Shown piece after piece: positions 47,734-64,000 of a DNA stretch of 64,000 bases (positions are counted from its first letter, which is position 1; every line of letters starts with the position of its first letter). Made by a program: the position numbers and the translations under genes. The DNA comes from the human T2T-CHM13v2.0 reference genome, Homo sapiens: the NCBI RefSeq assembly GCF_009914755.1, contig NC_060925.1. The stretch is one strand, 5' to 3'. The notes beneath the pieces were generated by a model. The model was not told the DNA's origin, ran no database searches, and saw nothing but the letters and a program-made list of their open reading frames with translations.

Positions 47734-48005
47734 CTTAAGTAGCTTCAGAATGGAAACAAATGCTTATTTTTCATCAGGGATTCCATTGATTTGAAAGAAA
47801 GGTTTTCTGGGATAGAGCAATCAAGAAGATCATCTCTCCATGAAAAAGTAGTCATGTGTCAGTCACTTTCTGGGCCAGTTCCATTTGATGTGAAAGAACT
47901 GATACTTGGAGTTGTAAATGCACAAAGTCTTAAAATTCTCTATGGGACAATTATTTGTGTGCAGCAAACAAATATGTGTTTGCCAGAAAATCATCTTCAT
48001 CAAAC
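47734..48005 (-). pseudogene. Pseudo-exon e10 (272 nt)
   Basis: ctctccataaacacag|G and aag|gtgtgc; FDEDDFLANTYLFAAHK*LSHREF*DFVHLQLQVSVLSHQMELAQKVTDT*LLFHGEMIFLIALSQK. Confidence 0.65.
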
Positions 48006-48207
48006 CTGTGTTTATGGAGAGGCATGGGCATCTAAACATTTTTGAGAATTTTACATACTATATCTGATTTTTTTAAAAGGCACCACTTACTTCCGTTATA
48101 TGTTGTGATTTATGATTGATAAGTATATTACTGAAAACAGAAGGTTTTTTTTTTCTTTTCTTTTCTTTCTTTCTTTTTTTTTTTTTTTTTTTTAGAAAAA
48201 ACCATAC

Positions 48208-48377
48208 TTCTATGTCACACACATTTTGCTCTGTGGCTTATGCAAGTTTCTCAAGAGGTCTGTGGTTGGGAGGACTCCGGCCAGGTCGGCTGTGCATGTG
48301 CTTCTAGAACAATCAGATTTTCCTTCTTTGCTTGCTATGGAGTCTTTGCAAGTCTTCAGATGTCCAGTACTTGGCAC
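48208..48377 (-). pseudogene. Pseudo-exon e9 (170 nt, ends phase 2)
   Basis: ctctttgtagccttacag|G and gaa|gtatgg; ...ADLAGVLPTTDLLRNLHKPQSKMCVT*K. Confidence 0.65.
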
Positions 48378-48470
48378 CTGTAAGGCTACAAAGAGGCAGT
48401 AGATAAATATATTTTGGGGTGTCACTTCCATGAAATATAGTTTAAAGTTTTGTCAGCACTGCTATGCCGC

Positions 48471-48782
48471 CTAGGGACTGAAACCCATTCTGTTTCTTTC
48501 TCTTTTGTGTGATCATTTGCTATCTCCACAGAGGCATTTGTGGACAGCAGTCTCGGTGCAGTAAAGATGTTATTATGTGCAAGGTTCTGTGGCAGAGGGG
48601 ACTAGCAGACAGGACAGACGCCAGAGGCTGATCAATGGCCATAGGGCAGGACAGGATCAGAGTGAGGGGCCAGCAGGACACTCGCGTGCACCTGCCTCTG
48701 GGTTCACTCTGAGTGCTCACAGGCCTCGGTCATGTGTTGGCTCACAGCCAATTGGCATCATTTCATATTGTTTCCTCCAGGC
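48471..48782 (-). pseudogene. Pseudo-exon e8 (312 nt)
   Basis: ttctcatcagcccag|GCC; donor non-canonical or mutated (tag|gcggca); begins AWRKQYEM; internal frame uncertain. Confidence 0.5.
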
Positions 48783-49032
48783 CTGGGCTGATGAGAACAA
48801 TGGAGCTGTATTTTGGATACTTTATTCATGAATAATCAAGTCAACATTCTGGTATAATATACATCTGTGAAATCTCTTATAAAAACAATAAAATACACAT
48901 TTACTTGTTAAAATTATTCTTACTGTTCTATATGCTACTAATGAACTAATTATCCCTAAAATTCTTTTGTCTTTCAGAATTGTTTTCTTTAGAATACATA
49001 CATACATTTATGTATGTATACATATAGACATA

Positions 49033-49057
49033 TGTGTGTGTGTGTGTGTGTGTGTGT
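49033..49057 (+). repeat. (TG)n microsatellite
   Basis: tg tract. Confidence 0.9.
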
Positions 49058-49714
49058 ATTTTACTGTTGTTTATCAAAGGTCTCCCCAAAAGGCCTGTGT
49101 TTATGATTACAGAAAGCAGAATGAAACGGTCCAGCAAATTCTTTAGTGTGAGCTACGGAGATGCAAAATAACAAAGAACTGACTTCCTGGGTAGAAACTG
49201 ACTTTCACTGCTTGAGGGTTTCTGTAAACTGAAGAGAAAGGACCAAAGCCTTGGCTGTTAACCATGAATATTAGCTCTAGGGCCATTTAAATCTAAGCAG
49301 TTCAGGTCACCCCCCTCACCCCCCACAAAATTCCTAAATATCCTCATATGAATGAGGCAGATTTCAATCCTGTTTCCTGTTAGGCAGAAAATTCAAATGG
49401 AAAATATTCCATTTCAGATGTTTGTCCATCATGCAATCAAATATTTTGGTATGTACGATGTGCAAAACAATGTACTATACTAGGTGCTACTGTGTTTTGT
49501 CTTTTCCCTTGAATCAAAACCAGTAATGAATAATAGAAATAATATATGTATTAAAAATTAGAGCAAATAATCAGTAAGTGAAAATTATTGTGATACCAGG
49601 AAAATACATTTAATTGGTAAGAACAACAGAGAAAAAAGTAAATAATATAAGAAGATAATGTAATGTAATAAATAAGAGCACCTAGAACCAATAAATAAGA
49701 GCACCTAGACCCCA

Positions 49715-49940
49715 ATTAAACCCAAGGTTTAAATTTGGGGTCTGTCATTAACCTGCTGTGTGGCATTGGGCAAGTCACTAAATCTCTCTGTGCCTCAATC
49801 GGCATATCTGCAAAATGAGCATCAAAATCAGGCCTATCTTGTGGGATTGCTCTGAAGATGAAATGAGTAAGTTTATGTGTGAAAAATACCTTGATAAATA
49901 TCAGGAATATAACAGCATTCAGTAAATGGTAGGTGCTACT
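49715..49940 (+). mobile_element. MIR
   Basis: gctgtgtggcattgggcaagtcactaaatctctctgtgcctca...tctgcaaaatg MIR core. Confidence 0.75.
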
Positions 49941-50585
49941 ACTGCTGCTACCATTACCACTATCATCATTACATTAAATGATGAAATCTTCCAGGAAGCA
50001 GTGAATCTCAAATGAAATTTGTAAGGAGAAATGTAGATGGGTTAAAAGAATGAGATGATGAAACTAAGAATATAGTTTCTTCCTAATAGAAGGTCCACAA
50101 TTCCTAGTCATCAGAATGCAGCTTTTTTTTCCCCATCAGTTCCTTCTTCCTCTTGTCTATTGTTCCTAAACCTCTCTAGAGACTAAGTATATCTTGCTAT
50201 TCTGAGAATCTCTTGGTCCCCTCTGTTTGAGGGATCCAGTCAGCATAGTAGTTGCTATTGGACCAGAACAGGAGACTCATTCAAATTTAGGCCTCTATGG
50301 CAAAGCAAGCTCATTCCTCTTTTGGAGAGAATTTAACCTGTGATTCTATAAAAGGAATGTATTTTATAGAAACTCTTAGTAATTATGTTTTAGATTCAAT
50401 AAATTGGTTATATTTAAAATCCCTTTCTCTTGGTCAGTAAAACTAACCTTTTTTCCTACAATAGAATGTTCAAATTAAATATGCATATATTTAACTTGAT
50501 CACACTGGTTGTTTTCTTGCACTATTTTTATGGAAATAGTATGAAGACTGAACAAATAACCTGTGGAGATAAGACAAAGTTTAAA

Positions 50586-51924
<1,339 letters not shown>

Positions 51925-52044
51925 AAGTTTAAAATTTAAACCTGGTAAACTCAATAATTGCCTCCCTAAATTTAAATGAAACAGCAAGAATATCTTAACC
52001 AATATCCTGACATTGTATACTATACATGCAGAATTTCCTGGTAC

Positions 52045-52121
52045 CTTCGCTGAGTTTAATATTTCAGTGAGAAAGTTTTACATTTCAAAGTGTTCCAGGT
52101 TTTTGGCCAGTACTCAAATAT
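52045..52121 (-). pseudogene. Pseudo-exon e7 (77 nt, phase 1 to 0)
   Basis: ccctttccttccactgtggcag|A and aag|gtacca; DI*VLAKNLEHFEM*NFLTEILNSAK. Confidence 0.65.
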
Positions 52122-52498
52122 CTGCCACAGTGGAAGGAAAGGGAGCTGAGTCAAGGATAAAGAGGTTTGAAAAATGAATGTGGATGCATGGGGTTCTAGC
52201 TTCGTTTTGCCAATCACCTGGCAAATTTGTGTGACCAAATGCAGAGGCTCTACCCTTACCCTCCCAGATTTTTAGTTTACTCACTGTATGTTATTGTCAA
52301 TTTGGGCATCACAAACCATCACTTTTAGCTGTAGAGTTCTGATATTCATAGTGCTTCTTCAGATATTTTGTTTCTATTATAAAAAACATATTTGTAGTAG
52401 AGGCCAATAAGAATGTATTACTGAGGTGATATTTTGGGTCATTATAGCCAAAATGTATTGAATGCTTATTGTTTTAAGATATTAGATTAAGCATCTTA

Positions 52499-52805
<307 letters not shown>

Positions 52806-53037
52806 TTAAGCATCTTGTAAATATTGTGTAGGTTAAGGTAATCTTTACAATAATAATACTGTGAGATTACTATTATTATACTCAGGTTGCAGGCAAAGAA
52901 CTGGGGCAAATAGAAGTTAAACATAATGACAAAAGCAAACATATATATATATATCTACTAATATCCATTACTTCTTTCTTCCTAAATAAAATCTCTGATT
53001 TTTAGCTGAACACCTAGAATAAAAACTACCCTTCCCA

Positions 53038-53355
<318 letters not shown>

Positions 53356-54051
53356 CTACCCTTCCCAGCTTTCCCTGCGATTAGGTGTTGTCATATAGCT
53401 ATACTATGGTCAATAGTTGTGTTGTTGTGTGGCAGCTTTAGAAAACTTCAACAGACAAAGTCTGCCTGTGTTCTCTTTCTTCTTCTTCTTCTTTTTTTTT
53501 CTTTCTCCTATCTGAAATGCAGATACCATGCTTGAGGCTCTGGATGCCATCTTGAACCATGAGGAGGAGGACCTCACCCTCTGGATGGCAAAACTGTCCC
53601 TAAGGTCACTATGAGACTGAGTCTTTATGCTACTCTCTTAATAACTAAGTCCAGGCTTTTACATGAAAGAGAAATGAAGTTATCTAGTTTATGATACAGA
53701 TATTTTGGGTCAGAATCAAACTCAATCTTAACTAATATGAGTATATTGGCTAAAAAAATACAGCTAATGAGCAGCAAAGCTAAGATTCAAACCCTGGTTT
53801 GCCTAATCAGAAAGGGCACAAATGCATTGCTATAGTGTTATACTAACCTTGTAAGTAAAAGGCTCTTCACTCTACAATATTAGACATTTAAAATATGTAT
53901 ACTTGATCCTGGAGTAGTTGATACTTTGTTTCCAGTTAGTCTGTTCTCCTAATTAAATTTGACTCTGGCTGACATTAAATTGGGCTCTATACCCCAAACA
54001 CATACATACAGTTTTTGGCAAGAGAAAGGGTCCCAAGAAGGACAGTTCGAC

Positions 54052-54173
54052 CTTAAATTTTTGTTGCAGATGCTTGGACAACATGGATAATGCACACCAA
54101 AGCTCTTGAAAAATTAGATTTCCATGAAAATAATTCCCAGCTACCTTCTTCATTTTCATTAAGGAAAATGTAC
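54052..54173 (-). pseudogene. Pseudo-exon e6 (122 nt, phase 2 to 1)
   Basis: gtccttcag|G and weak donor aag|gtcgaa; YIFLNENEEGSWELFSWKSNFSRALVCIIHVVQASATKI*. Confidence 0.55.
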
Positions 54174-54268
54174 CTGAAGGACTTGCTCTGTGAGAAGCTG
54201 GAGTCTGTATCTGCACGTGGAAACCGTATTGCTGGGGACCACATTAAATAACCCACATAATTCAAATA

Positions 54269-54372
54269 AGCAGCACACCAACATGGCACATGTATACATA
54301 TGTAACAAACCTGCACGTTGCGCACATGTACCCTAAAACTTAAAGTATAATAATAATAATAATAAAATAAAA
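54269..54372 (+). mobile_element. Very short L1PA 3' end
   Basis: gcagcacaccaacatggcacatgtatacatatgtaacaaacctgcacgtt...aaagtataataat. Confidence 0.9.
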
Positions 54373-54686
54373 TCATGTAACTTTTTTGGCTATTTTAAAT
54401 AAATGGATTTGAGATCTCAATTATATGCAAGATACCTCAATTCTGCACTCAACATTATAAATAAAATGATAATGAGCTATAGTTTGTCTTTAAAGATAAT
54501 GGCAGCAGGAAGAGCAGAAAATAATCATTGTAGATAGTTTGATTTCACAGCTCACATCCCAAGAGAACAAATGAAAAGCTATAAAATTTATAAGAATTCA
54601 TAAGGTGAACTCAGTTACAAATATTAGTAGTTTTCTGTATAATTGACATAATCATCTATTATAGTGGAAAAATCTTATTCATATTA

Positions 54687-55056
<370 letters not shown>

Positions 55057-56204
55057 TTATTTTTTTCTAATTCTCTGAGTGCTTTAAACAATGATTTAAA
55101 TTAATAAAAAGACATTACATTCTTCTATGAGAGGACTGGATATTGCAAAGTGTTGGCTTTTCCAAATTAACTTATTGGTTATGTCATTATAATCAAAATT
55201 ATATTGGAATTTTATGAGTGAGAAAAAGAATTCTAAAGTTCACCTGGAAAGATAAATTAATAAAAACAACTAAAATAATTTTAAGCATTCATAATATGAC
55301 AACTTTAGATTTTAAAACATTATAAAAGTAAAATAACTAAAACAGTGTGATATATATAAAAGTACAGACAGACCAACAGACCTCAATATATGTAACAACT
55401 CAATAAATGACAGAGGTAATTTAAAAAAAAATCAGGGAGTAATAGATTACTAAATATATCATGTTAGGATATTTACTATTTAGAGAAAGGATTAATCTCA
55501 GGCCTGGAGAAAAGAAAGTAAACAAGTCCTTTCTTGTGTGAGAAAATTAGAAAATGGTTTATATGAACAGGACACTGAAGCCAGCTCAGAGCGGTTTCCA
55601 CTAGTTAAATCAGGGAAAATTTGAGCATCAGAAGGATGACTGACAGTAATGAATTACAGTGCACTGAATAAGACAATTGAGAGTCCATAATGATACTGAA
55701 AATATAAATAAATAATAAATATAAATAAGTAAACAAAGGAAGGGAGAAACTGTATTTTTGTTCATTTGTTTATATTCTATTCACCGTTAGATAAAAACTA
55801 ATAGAATAAATGACAGAATTTGAGAGCCACCATTTTGCCACCATCATAAAAACAATTGATTTGGGCAAAACTCATCAATGGAAACTAAAACTATTGAAAG
55901 TTTGTTGGATAGTCATATACTGAGTCTCAGAGTATCTTCCCACAGATTACTTATTAATCAGAAAGTTATAAAAGGTACCTTTGGAAAAAGGGAGAAGTGT
56001 GGCAAACACCACCTTAACTGAAAGATGAAAGTTAATCTCACTAAAAATGGGACCAATTGAACTCATGTGCCTCTTACTAAAGGACACAGATCGCTTATGT
56101 CATAGTCCTGGAGAAAATGCATAACCTGAAACCAATCAAGGGGAAACAATCACACAAAGGCAAATAGAAGGACATTCAATAACACAATTAGACTGTACTC
56201 TCCT

Positions 56205-56992
56205 GTGAATTCTGTCTCCTCATCTCTCCCATCCAATAAATCATCTCGTCCTGTTGACTTCACCTCCTAAATATTACTAGAATCCATTCACTTCTCTCCA
56301 TCCTCTCAGTTACATCATGTCACCTAATTGCTAAAACAGTTGCTGGCTGTGTTCCCCTTGAATCCATGGTTCACAGGTTAGCCTGAGTGATCTGTCTACA
56401 GTATAAATCTGATCATGCCACTTTCCTGCTTAAAAGGTTTCTCTGCCTTTCAGTGGCTCTTAGAATGAATGCAGCCTCTTAAATCTGTTTAACAAAGCCC
56501 ATTCTGATCTGGCCCCCCACTTCACCCTCTAGCTGTATGCTTTGACAGCCTCCACTGCCAATACCATGTTCTCCAAATGTGCTACTTCTTTCAGTTACCA
56601 GATTGAGGTATGTTCTGTTCTGCACCAGCTTTTTACCTACGCCTGGAATATTTGCTGTTTCTATACTTTCTACTCAACTACTCTCTTTTTGAGACAAAAT
56701 CCTATTCACACTTCAGGTTTTAGCTTAGATAGGTTTTATTCCTAAAACTTTTTCTTGTCCCTCCACCTGGACCTCACCCAAGCCCAAGTTAGGTGCTCTG
56801 TATGAATCTGCCATGCCCAGCTCAGTGCTTCTCATACTGCATTGTAATTCCTTGTTTAAAGTCTAGTTCCCCTAGTTGTCTGTAAGTCTCACAAGGGCGG
56901 GAGCCAAATTTGTCTTCTTCACTGTTTTGTTACTGTCCGCCTCAGTGCTGGGGACAAGGCAGAAATTCAATCAATGTTTTGATGGAATGAAC
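56205..56992 (+). mobile_element. L2 3' fragment
   Basis: aaatctgatcatgccactttcctgcttaaaa...ctgtaagtctcacaagggc...tcaatcaatgttttgatggaatgaa. Confidence 0.7.
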
Positions 56993-57127
56993 GGACAATG
57001 TAGTTGCAGCGGGGGGAGAAAAAGAGGCATTTTACAGAACAGTAAATATTTCAAGTAGAGCAAATCATAATATTTAAAGGCTGAGGAGTAAGAACATTTC
57101 TCAACTTTCTATTTAAAAAGGATTGTC

Positions 57128-58415
<1,288 letters not shown>

Positions 58416-58714
58416 GAGGGAAAAAGTGTTGTCTTAGCAACCAGATTATTGTGGAAGAAAGCAACTGTTTGCAAACACATTAAAGTACGTTGAAGGTGTA
58501 ACACATATGAAATGACACATTAATATTCAAGATGTCAAAACATTGATTTTTTTTCTAAATTAAAATAAATCCTTCAAGGGTGCCTGTCATTTGCCAAAGT
58601 TCTAGGAAGTCTAACAATAGCATTTAAAACATTTCTGGCTTCCTCTCTCTCCTTTGAATTGTGGCAGAATACGTGGTTTATATAGTCCAGGTTATCCATT
58701 TTTTATAGACTTAC

Positions 58715-58940
58715 TGTTGGTCCTTCTGCCACAAAATACTGTGGTGTGCTGATCTCCTAAATTTGGTCAGGCCTGGTGGGCTTAGAGTAATGCTTCCCCT
58801 TGAGGCTCGGTTAGCAGGTGCTTGTTGTAGCTCTTGGCGTATAGAAATGGCTCATTTTCAGGCCCACAGGACCCTTGGAACCATTGTCATCTGAGGTTCT
58901 GCTAAGACTGGGTCCCTGGGTGCAAGTAAAGTTTTAAGTT
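58715..58940 (-). pseudogene. Pseudo-exon e5 (226 nt, phase 1 to 2)
   Basis: cattttcttattgtag|A and aca|gtaagt; ELKTLLAPRDPVLAEPQMTMVPRVLWA*K*AISIRQELQQ...SILWQKDQ. Confidence 0.7.
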
Positions 58941-59970
58941 CTACAATAAGAAAATGACCCACACTTCTCTCCACTTTCTGATATGTCTTCACCTCTTAGG
59001 AAAGACCCCTGCAGGGCAGGGCCACTTGCCTTAGCACAGCCTCCAACATCCCCTCTTTGCCAGGTCATGTATGTGTGTGTGTGTGACAGAGAGAGAGAAA
59101 GAGTAAGAGAGAGAGTGTGTGTGTGTGGATAGGTGTGTGCTTGTCCATGTGCTGGTGATGGTAAAGGGGATGTTTACAGGATGGGCTCTGTCCCCACAAA
59201 ACTAAAGTCTGTCAAGTGCACCCTAGGTGATAAAATCCTAGAGCTCAGGCACACCAAGCCTTCTTTCTCATGAGAAAAATTAATTTAAAATTGTAATTGA
59301 ATTTTAAATTATGAAGTATAGTCTAACATGCACAAAGAAGAGAGAATAATACAACAAACATCCATTTTTAGATGTTAATATTTGCTTTAGTAGAAAATTT
59401 CCTAGTCGCTCTTTTGCTAATGAGCAACAAACAGCAACAAAACATGAAGTAATTAAATGACTATACATCACTTTGCTGTAGTAGCTTTCCTCTCCAAACA
59501 CATGATTTCACTTTATTCTCATGTACTTTTAAAAAATAACACATTCACAAAAGAACTGGATTAAGCAATACTTTGAAGTCATTATACTTGAAAGAACTTG
59601 AAAGTCATAAATAATATTTCTTTTAAAAATAATATGAACTCAGATTTTTCAAGTTCACCTTCCCACTAATTAATGAGGTTTTTTTAAAAAAATTTTTTTT
59701 CAAAATTCAGGACCGCAGTTTTTGTTTATGATTCACTTCCTGTGCCTTAAATGCTCTGAAGATGTTATTTGATTTATAATATTTTACTTAGGAAAGTCAG
59801 TACAACAATTTATTCATGGACTGGTATCACTTTGCTCACGTCTCCTGCACTTTTAGAAATAGGATGTCCCCTCTGAGGAGCAGTTTAAAAGGAAAACACC
59901 CTAAGCAACCCATGACTAAGACTGAGCACATTTCAAACTTTTTTCCTGAATGAAGAAGTAGTTTACTCAC

Positions 59971-60272
59971 CAAAATATTATTAACTCCATCCAACACCTT
60001 GTTCTGATATTTTGAAGTTGATTGATCATTGATTTGACCAAGATGCCTGGCTTCACTTCACTAAAATGATTAATGTATGTGGGTCTGGGCGCAGCCACAG
60101 CACTGCCGTTCCGGTCTCTCAGATGAAGCAAGGGAAGTATTGGTCAGAGGCCCTCAATACACCCCAGAGAATTCTCTCAGAGACACAACAACAAGAAAGA
60201 CAATCTTTCTTTGAGATTGATGAAAATAAGAAGAGTGATTGCCTGAACCCACAGATCTTGGCTGAGGATTTC
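59971..60272 (-). pseudogene. Pseudo-exon e4 (302 nt, phase 2 to 1)
   Basis: ttaacgttttcctccag|G and ttg|gtgagt; KSSAKICGFRQSLFLFSSISKKDCLSCCCVSERILWGVLRASDQYFPCFI*ETGTAVLWLRPDPHTLIILVK*... Confidence 0.7.
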
Positions 60273-60477
60273 CTGGAGGAAAACGTTAATTTTACCTCAA
60301 ATCTGTTCCCTTCCATGTCCTGAACAAGGGTGACTATAAAGGTTACCACATAGTTCACCAGTGTCCCTGAATCTTGACACTCTATAATTGTGGAAGAAGG
60401 GCAGGAGATTGCTTGTACTCCTTTTATATTGTTTCCCCGTCTTCTGCTTCACTTATGCAGCCTGCACAATACTCATA

Positions 60478-60923
60478 TGATGGTTGATTTTAAGTGCCAA
60501 CTGGGCCAGGCTGTGGTGCCCAGTTGTTTGGTCAAACACTAGTCCAGATGTTGTGCTGAAGGTATTTTGTACATGTGATTAACATTTACAATCAGTTGAC
60601 CTTAAGTAGAAGAGATTACCCTCTATAATGAGGGTTGGCCTCATCCAATCAGATGAAGGCCTTAAGAGCAAAAATTGAGGTTTCCTGAAACCCTGCCTGA
60701 CTTTCCACCTACCGGCCTGCCCTACAAATTTCAAAAATAACTGCCTCTCAAATTGTGTGAACCAATTCCCTAAAATAAATCTCTGTATCTCTCTCTCTCT
60801 CTTTCCCTCTCTCTCTATATAGCGGGAGATAGAAAGATATAACCATATATCTATATCAATTGATTTATCTATCTATCTACCTAAGCTATTTGTTTTATAT
60901 ATCCAGAGAACACTGGCTGAGAC
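60478..60923 (+). mobile_element. MLT2 (ERVL) LTR
   Basis: tgatggttgattttaagtgccaactgg...ttgtttggtcaaacactagtccagatgttg...ggcctcatccaatcag. Confidence 0.85.
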
Positions 60924-60941
60924 AACTTATTACAGGTTCAT

Positions 60942-61042
60942 TCTTTCTCTCTCTCCCTCTCTCTCTCTTCTTTCTTTCTCTTTCTGTCTCTTCTTTCTTT
61001 GTTTTTCTCTCTTTCTTTCTCTCTCTTTCTCTCCTTTCTTTT
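60942..61042 (+). repeat. CT-rich low-complexity tract
   Basis: Mixture of (TC) and (TTTC) units. Confidence 0.9.
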
Positions 61043-61536
61043 GCAGAGAAAAACCTTTGTTTTGGCCTCCAAAAAGATATTCCATTCTACCCTAAAAATA
61101 AACAATTTCTTTATTTATTGTATGGTGTATTGTATTTCTTTATCTTTTGTATGATGTTTAGATTTAGCTACCCACATGAAAATTGTTGGATTGGGTCTGG
61201 GAAGTCATTCATATTTTGATAGATTCCCCCCCGCCCACCACCATTTCCCTATTTCACAGCATTAGCCTAAAAAACAAAGTATATCTGATTCATCCTCAAA
61301 GGAGGATTTTCTTAAGCTCATAAAATTCCTGATAAAGGGAGTAAAAAGGACACAAACAATGCTGTATTTCACAATGTAGAACACAGTAAGACCCAGAAAC
61401 ATCTCCTAGGTATGAGAATAGTCAAAGGATTATAATATTTGAGTAGTAAGAACAGAGGGAGCTGAGGCCCTTACTTTTGATGTTATCTTCAACTATATAT
61501 AAGACGCTGTATATGTATGCAAAGCACAGAAGATAG

Positions 61537-61877
<341 letters not shown>

Positions 61878-62259
61878 TTTCCTGAGATTTTAAAAATAGT
61901 CATCATTTTTCTGGCCTGACACTTCATATGTTAACTTTGATCTTAGGGTAACTTCTTAAAGCCAGGTCATGAATTCTCAAAAAGAAGGAATTATGTGGAA
62001 AAGTGTCCAGTACTCTGCTGTGATAGCAAGAAATAGGTGTCAATAATATGCCTGATAGCCAATTTTTCTAGTTGTTCTTCTGATGCTAGTTACACTACAA
62101 TGGAAATTAGACTCACAACTGTGTAATCTCCTTGTTGGCACTGTTTGAATAGCCTGCTCCTATTTTAGCAGCATTTTCCCCCAAACAGGCTAATTTTGGA
62201 GAGTACGTTTGAATGTGGAAAGAGACATTTTAATCTGGAAGCATTTATTATAAACTCAC

Positions 62260-62697
62260 ATTGTTACAGCAAATGGCCCACATTCAAGAAGGAAGCACTC
62301 TCTTATCATTTTTCGCCTTCCTTGATCTTCTGTTTGAAACAGAATGGATATGTATTGAATGTGCTAACTTGGTAAACATGCACTTTTATGGTGTCTCTGT
62401 GAGCTGGCTTTGAACACGGTTCAGAGAGGTTTACAACAAAGAAGCCAGTCGGTGTCGGTTCGCCCAATGTCAACTTAAATACCAGGTTTATCCATGACTA
62501 AACAATATGTTACGGGGATTTTCTTCTCAGAGCTTTGCTGGATTGGACTGTTTGTTTGGTATCACATAGACCTGGTTTAATTTCCTAAAATTCATGGCTT
62601 CAGTGACAACCAAGTATATTTGCTGATGATGAATTTGAGCACTTATTTTTTTCTCTGTCTAACAAAACATACCGCAGACAACCTCATTCCCAACAGC
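62260..62697 (-). pseudogene. Pseudo-exon e3
   Basis: Branch-like ctaac then ttattgttag|G; donor at|gtgagt; AVGNEVVCGMFC*TEKKISAQIHHQQIYLVVTEAMNFRKLNQ...(frameshift)...MIRECFLLECGPFAVT. Confidence 0.65.
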
Positions 62698-62767
62698 CTA
62701 ACAATAAGTAAGTTAGCATGTGATGCCTATGACTTCAACTTTAAAAATTTATGGTGCCTCTATTTAT

Positions 62768-63201
62768 TCTTGTCAATTTTAAGAGTTAATGCAGCTTCTT
62801 GAAAAATCGTTTAAGGGCAATGCGGTAAAACATGGGCATGTCTCACAGCAGAAATGTGAGATTTGCTCATATACAAAATCAAAACGGATCATAAAACAGC
62901 CACTGAAACCTTTTGCCAATTGTCTGTAAAAGGAGACCCCTAATGACCTACAGCAGGAATATAGATGCAAAGTCGTACTTTGCCTCATGCCCTGGGGAGG
63001 TTTTTGGCCTTAAGATTTTGTCTCCTTGCTGCCAAATGCTGAAGCCAAGTGCATTGCTAAAGCTTTAGACACATTTTCATCAATAAAATTTCTTATAAAA
63101 CAGATCCTGAAAATGCTGAACCTATCTGCCAAGTAGCCAATTAATTATTTTACATCTTTGTTGAACAATGGGTAAAGGTTTTACCATCACAAATCAGTGT
63201 T
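62768..63201 (-). pseudogene. Pseudo-exon e2
   Basis: Acceptor gtggttttcag|A; donor apparently mutated (aga|ataaat). One frame reads ...HEAKYDFASIFLL*VIRGLLLQTIGKRFQWLFYDPF*FCI*ANLTFLL*DMPMFYRIALKRFFKKLH*LLKLTR. Confidence 0.65.
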
Positions 63202-63639
63202 CTGAAAACCACAAGGCCTAGCTTTCAATTAGCAGGAAGCATCACAATTAGGGATGAAAAGAAGTAATGCTGCATGTTGGAAATTCTCCCAATAAAGAAT
63301 AAAACTCCCAAGGAACAATGACCCAACTAATTTGAGGGAGTTAGGTTTTTAGAAAACCAGATCCTTGTTAAAGGGTAAAGCTCAAACACTGCTCAGATTC
63401 CTAGATGCCTCAGTCTTCTCATCCACCCTCCCAGTAGCCCTTTCTTTCCATAAGTTGTAGCTATTGAATTTGGACTATGCTTCCCCACTATGTGTTAGAT
63501 GCTGTGAATCCCAGTTCAAACACTGTGAGTCCACTCTATCATTGACAGGCACAATCCTGCACTGGGTCCATGGGGAATGGTGCCTCCAGTTCTATGATTC
63601 TCTGCATTTTCCAGAGAAGAGGAAAACCTTAGTACTCAC

Positions 63640-63811
63640 ACAGTTGATCTGGTTTGTCAAATTCAGGAATAGAAGGAGAGGCCCTGTAGGAGAGCATGTT
63701 TCAGGTCCCAGTCTGCTGACTTGGATCTTAAGGCAGGCCAATTGGAAACAGTGATGTCAAACTGAATAGGCCATGCAATCAAGTGTCATATTTGTTTACT
63801 TAACCAACAAC
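63640..63811 (-). pseudogene. Pseudo-exon e1
   Basis: Acceptor tatgtctccctgcag|G, donor gt|gtgagt; GCWLSKQI*HLIAWPIQFDITVSNWPALRSKSADWDLKHALLQGL, with a probable frameshift near the end. Confidence 0.65.
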
Positions 63812-64000
63812 CTGCAGGGAGACATAAGAAGCTGACAATTGGGAATGGAACAAGGAATTGTCTTTCAGGCTACAGTCCAGGGAAGAGGGAGACTAGAATC
63901 TTCATTCTTGAGTGAAATTCCTGAACCTTCTGGAACCCTGGGATATTTAAGTAGCAAGAGGTGTGTGTGTGGCGGAGTGTGTGGGGGGATGCAGAAGTCT

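Noticed and set aside
48190-48377. Homeodomain-like reading LEKLA*ATEQNVCDIEVWF on the minus strand
   Set aside because: The VWF comes from reading through the donor gtatgg into a poly(A) tract, the helix spacing is wrong, and this frame does not match the phase of the next exon.
49667-49712. 23-nt tandem duplication aataaataagagcacctaga, with a similar case at 11135-11175
   Set aside because: These are ordinary two-copy slippage events, not a spaced repeat array.
60066-60323. 85-aa plus-strand ORF
   Set aside because: It is the antisense shadow of pseudo-exon e4, which has the proper splice sites on minus.

Overview
AT-rich primate (human-like) genomic DNA with no intact protein-coding gene, RNA gene or CRISPR array. 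It carries about 26 Alus, L1 fragments, MaLR/MLT2 LTRs, hAT MITEs, L2/L3 relics and microsatellites. The main finding is on the minus strand from about 32.4 kb to at least 63.8 kb: a chain of 16-18 repeat-free segments bounded mostly by canonical AG/GT splice signals. Their reading phases link across most junctions into one long, stop-riddled protein with several RGS-domain-like motif pairs, resembling the multi-RGS RGS22/RGSL1 architecture. I read this as an ancient unprocessed, possibly unitary, pseudogene whose 5' end lies beyond the window. Other notable structures: an old inverted duplication of one of its exons, an L1 with twin-priming inversion plus a 3' transduction, an Alu-L1 composite under one TSD, an Alu joined to a locally templated patch, and a full MaLR provirus. 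All alignments and translations were done by eye, and repeat subfamily calls are approximate.
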